DNA of 64,000 bases from Lingula anatina (lineage: Eukaryota > Animalia > Brachiopoda), in assembly GCA_051362555.1 (NCBI GenBank), contig CM120640.1, forward strand, positions 30,027,967-30,091,966. The letters are read 5' to 3'. Shown here in pieces: positions 62,637 through 64,000 of the stretch. Position numbers and translations under genes: made by a program. The notes under the pieces were generated by a model. The model searched no databases. It saw only the letters and a list, made by a program, of their open reading frames with translations, and had not been told where the DNA came from. How positions within the stretch are numbered: position 1 is the stretch's first letter; the number at the start of each line of letters is the position of its first letter.

Positions 62637-64000
62637 CTAACATTACTGTTGTCACTGTACACGTCAAAATTTATTCTAATCACTGTGTATGTCTGTATTT
62701 TGACTGTACTTGTTTTTATTTATTTTGATTACTGTGCATGTTTGCGTTGTCACTGTTCATGTTTGTATTTATTGTGAGTACTGTGTATGTCAGCTTTGTC
62801 ACTCTATTTGTTTGTAATCTTTACTATTACTCTGCATGATTGTTTTGTCACTGTATCCCTGTGTGTTTGTTTATCTTATGTATCTTTATGTGTCCGTTAA
62901 TATTCTGTTTGCTGTGTCTGTTCTGTATTGTTACTGAATGTCTTCATATAATTTTGATCACTGTTAAAGTCTGTTTGTCCTTCTGTTTGTATATAACCAT
63001 AATCATTACTGTGCATTTTTGTTTTGTCAGTGTTTGTGTTTGTATTTTTTGTGATCACAGTGTATGTTTGTGTCGTTACTGTTGATGTTTGTATTTATTG
63101 TGAGCACTGTGTATGTCAGTTTTGTCACTATTTGTTTGTAGTCATTTTGATTACTGTGCATTTTAGTGTTGGCATTGTTTGTGTTTGTATTTATTATCAG
63201 CAATATGGATGTCAGTTTTGTCAGTTAATTTTTTTCTAGTCATTATTTTAACTGTGCATGTTGGTGTTGTCACTGACATCATAGTTTATATACATGTCTG
63301 TTTATACTCTTATTACTGTTTCCATTGTCATTGAATGTATTTGTATATATATATATATTGTGATCACTGTGTATGACTGTGTAATCACCCGATTAAATTG
63401 TGTTCACTCTTGTTACTGTACATGGTTGTGTTGTCACTGTACATGTCAAAATTTATTTTGATCACTTTGTACGTCTGTATTATGACTGTGTATGTTTGAT
63501 AATTGTACACGTTACTATTGTCACTGTACATGCCAATATTTATTTTGATCACTATTTATGTCAGTTTGTCACTATTTGTTTGTAATCATTATTATTACTG
63601 TGCATGTCACTGTATGCCTGTGTGTTTGTTTATCTTATGTTTGCTGTGTCTATTCTGCATTGTTTCTGAACGTGTTTGTATATTGTGATGACTGTGTAGG
63701 GTTATGTTTTCACTCTTTTTCCTTGTCTTCATTCTTATGCTGCACGTTACTGTTGTCACTGTACATATCAAAAATTTTTCCGATCACTGTGTATGTTTGT
63801 GTTGTTACTGTTTGTGTCTACATAAAATTCTGATCACTGTGTAATTCTGTTTGTCCTGCTATTTGTTTGTATTTATTTTTATTACTGTACATATTTCTGT
63901 TGTCACTGTTTCCATTTGTATTTATTGTGATCACCGTGTATATTTGTGTCGTTACTGTTGGTGTTTGTATTTATTGTGAGCACTCTGTATGTCAGTTTTG
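62637..64000 (+). repeat. Satellite block running off the window
   Basis: Same repeat family. Confidence 0.9.

Noticed and set aside
6162-64000. Dozens of 60-156-aa Cys/Val/Leu/Tyr-rich ORFs resembling membrane or Cys-rich peptides
   Set aside because: They are translations of the TG-rich satellite in all frames, repeat with the array period and have no domain motifs.

Overview
AT-rich eukaryotic (probably invertebrate animal) heterochromatin-like DNA with no recognisable host gene. About half of the window is one strand-asymmetric (TG-rich) complex satellite built from ~49-bp monomers (21+28 nt subunits), organised into 1357/1348-bp and multi-kb higher-order repeats; the many C/V/L/Y/F-rich ORFs over it are artefacts. 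The satellite is invaded by mobile elements. The main one is an apparently intact Ngaro-type tyrosine-recombinase (YR) retrotransposon (25047-32097, minus strand; gag, RT/RNase H, YR, truncated SGNH hydrolase). Its split direct repeats are in an unusual order, with the B/A junction upstream of gag, and its circle junction, both ends and several empty target sites all share the 8-bp core CTTTATGT. A degenerate DIRS1-type YR retrotransposon (52320-~57701) carries a Harbinger-like MITE and interrupts a SWIM-YqaJ exonuclease-PHD pseudogene. Both YR elements have a 2x2 array of GCA-N5-TGC hairpins just downstream of the YR ORF. Also present: a long-TIR MULE-like element (two copies), a solo LTR, Penelope, Tc1, RTE and L2/CR1 remnants, a palindromic tandem dimer with YR-like junctions, and several MITEs. 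All calls were made by eye; no searches were run.
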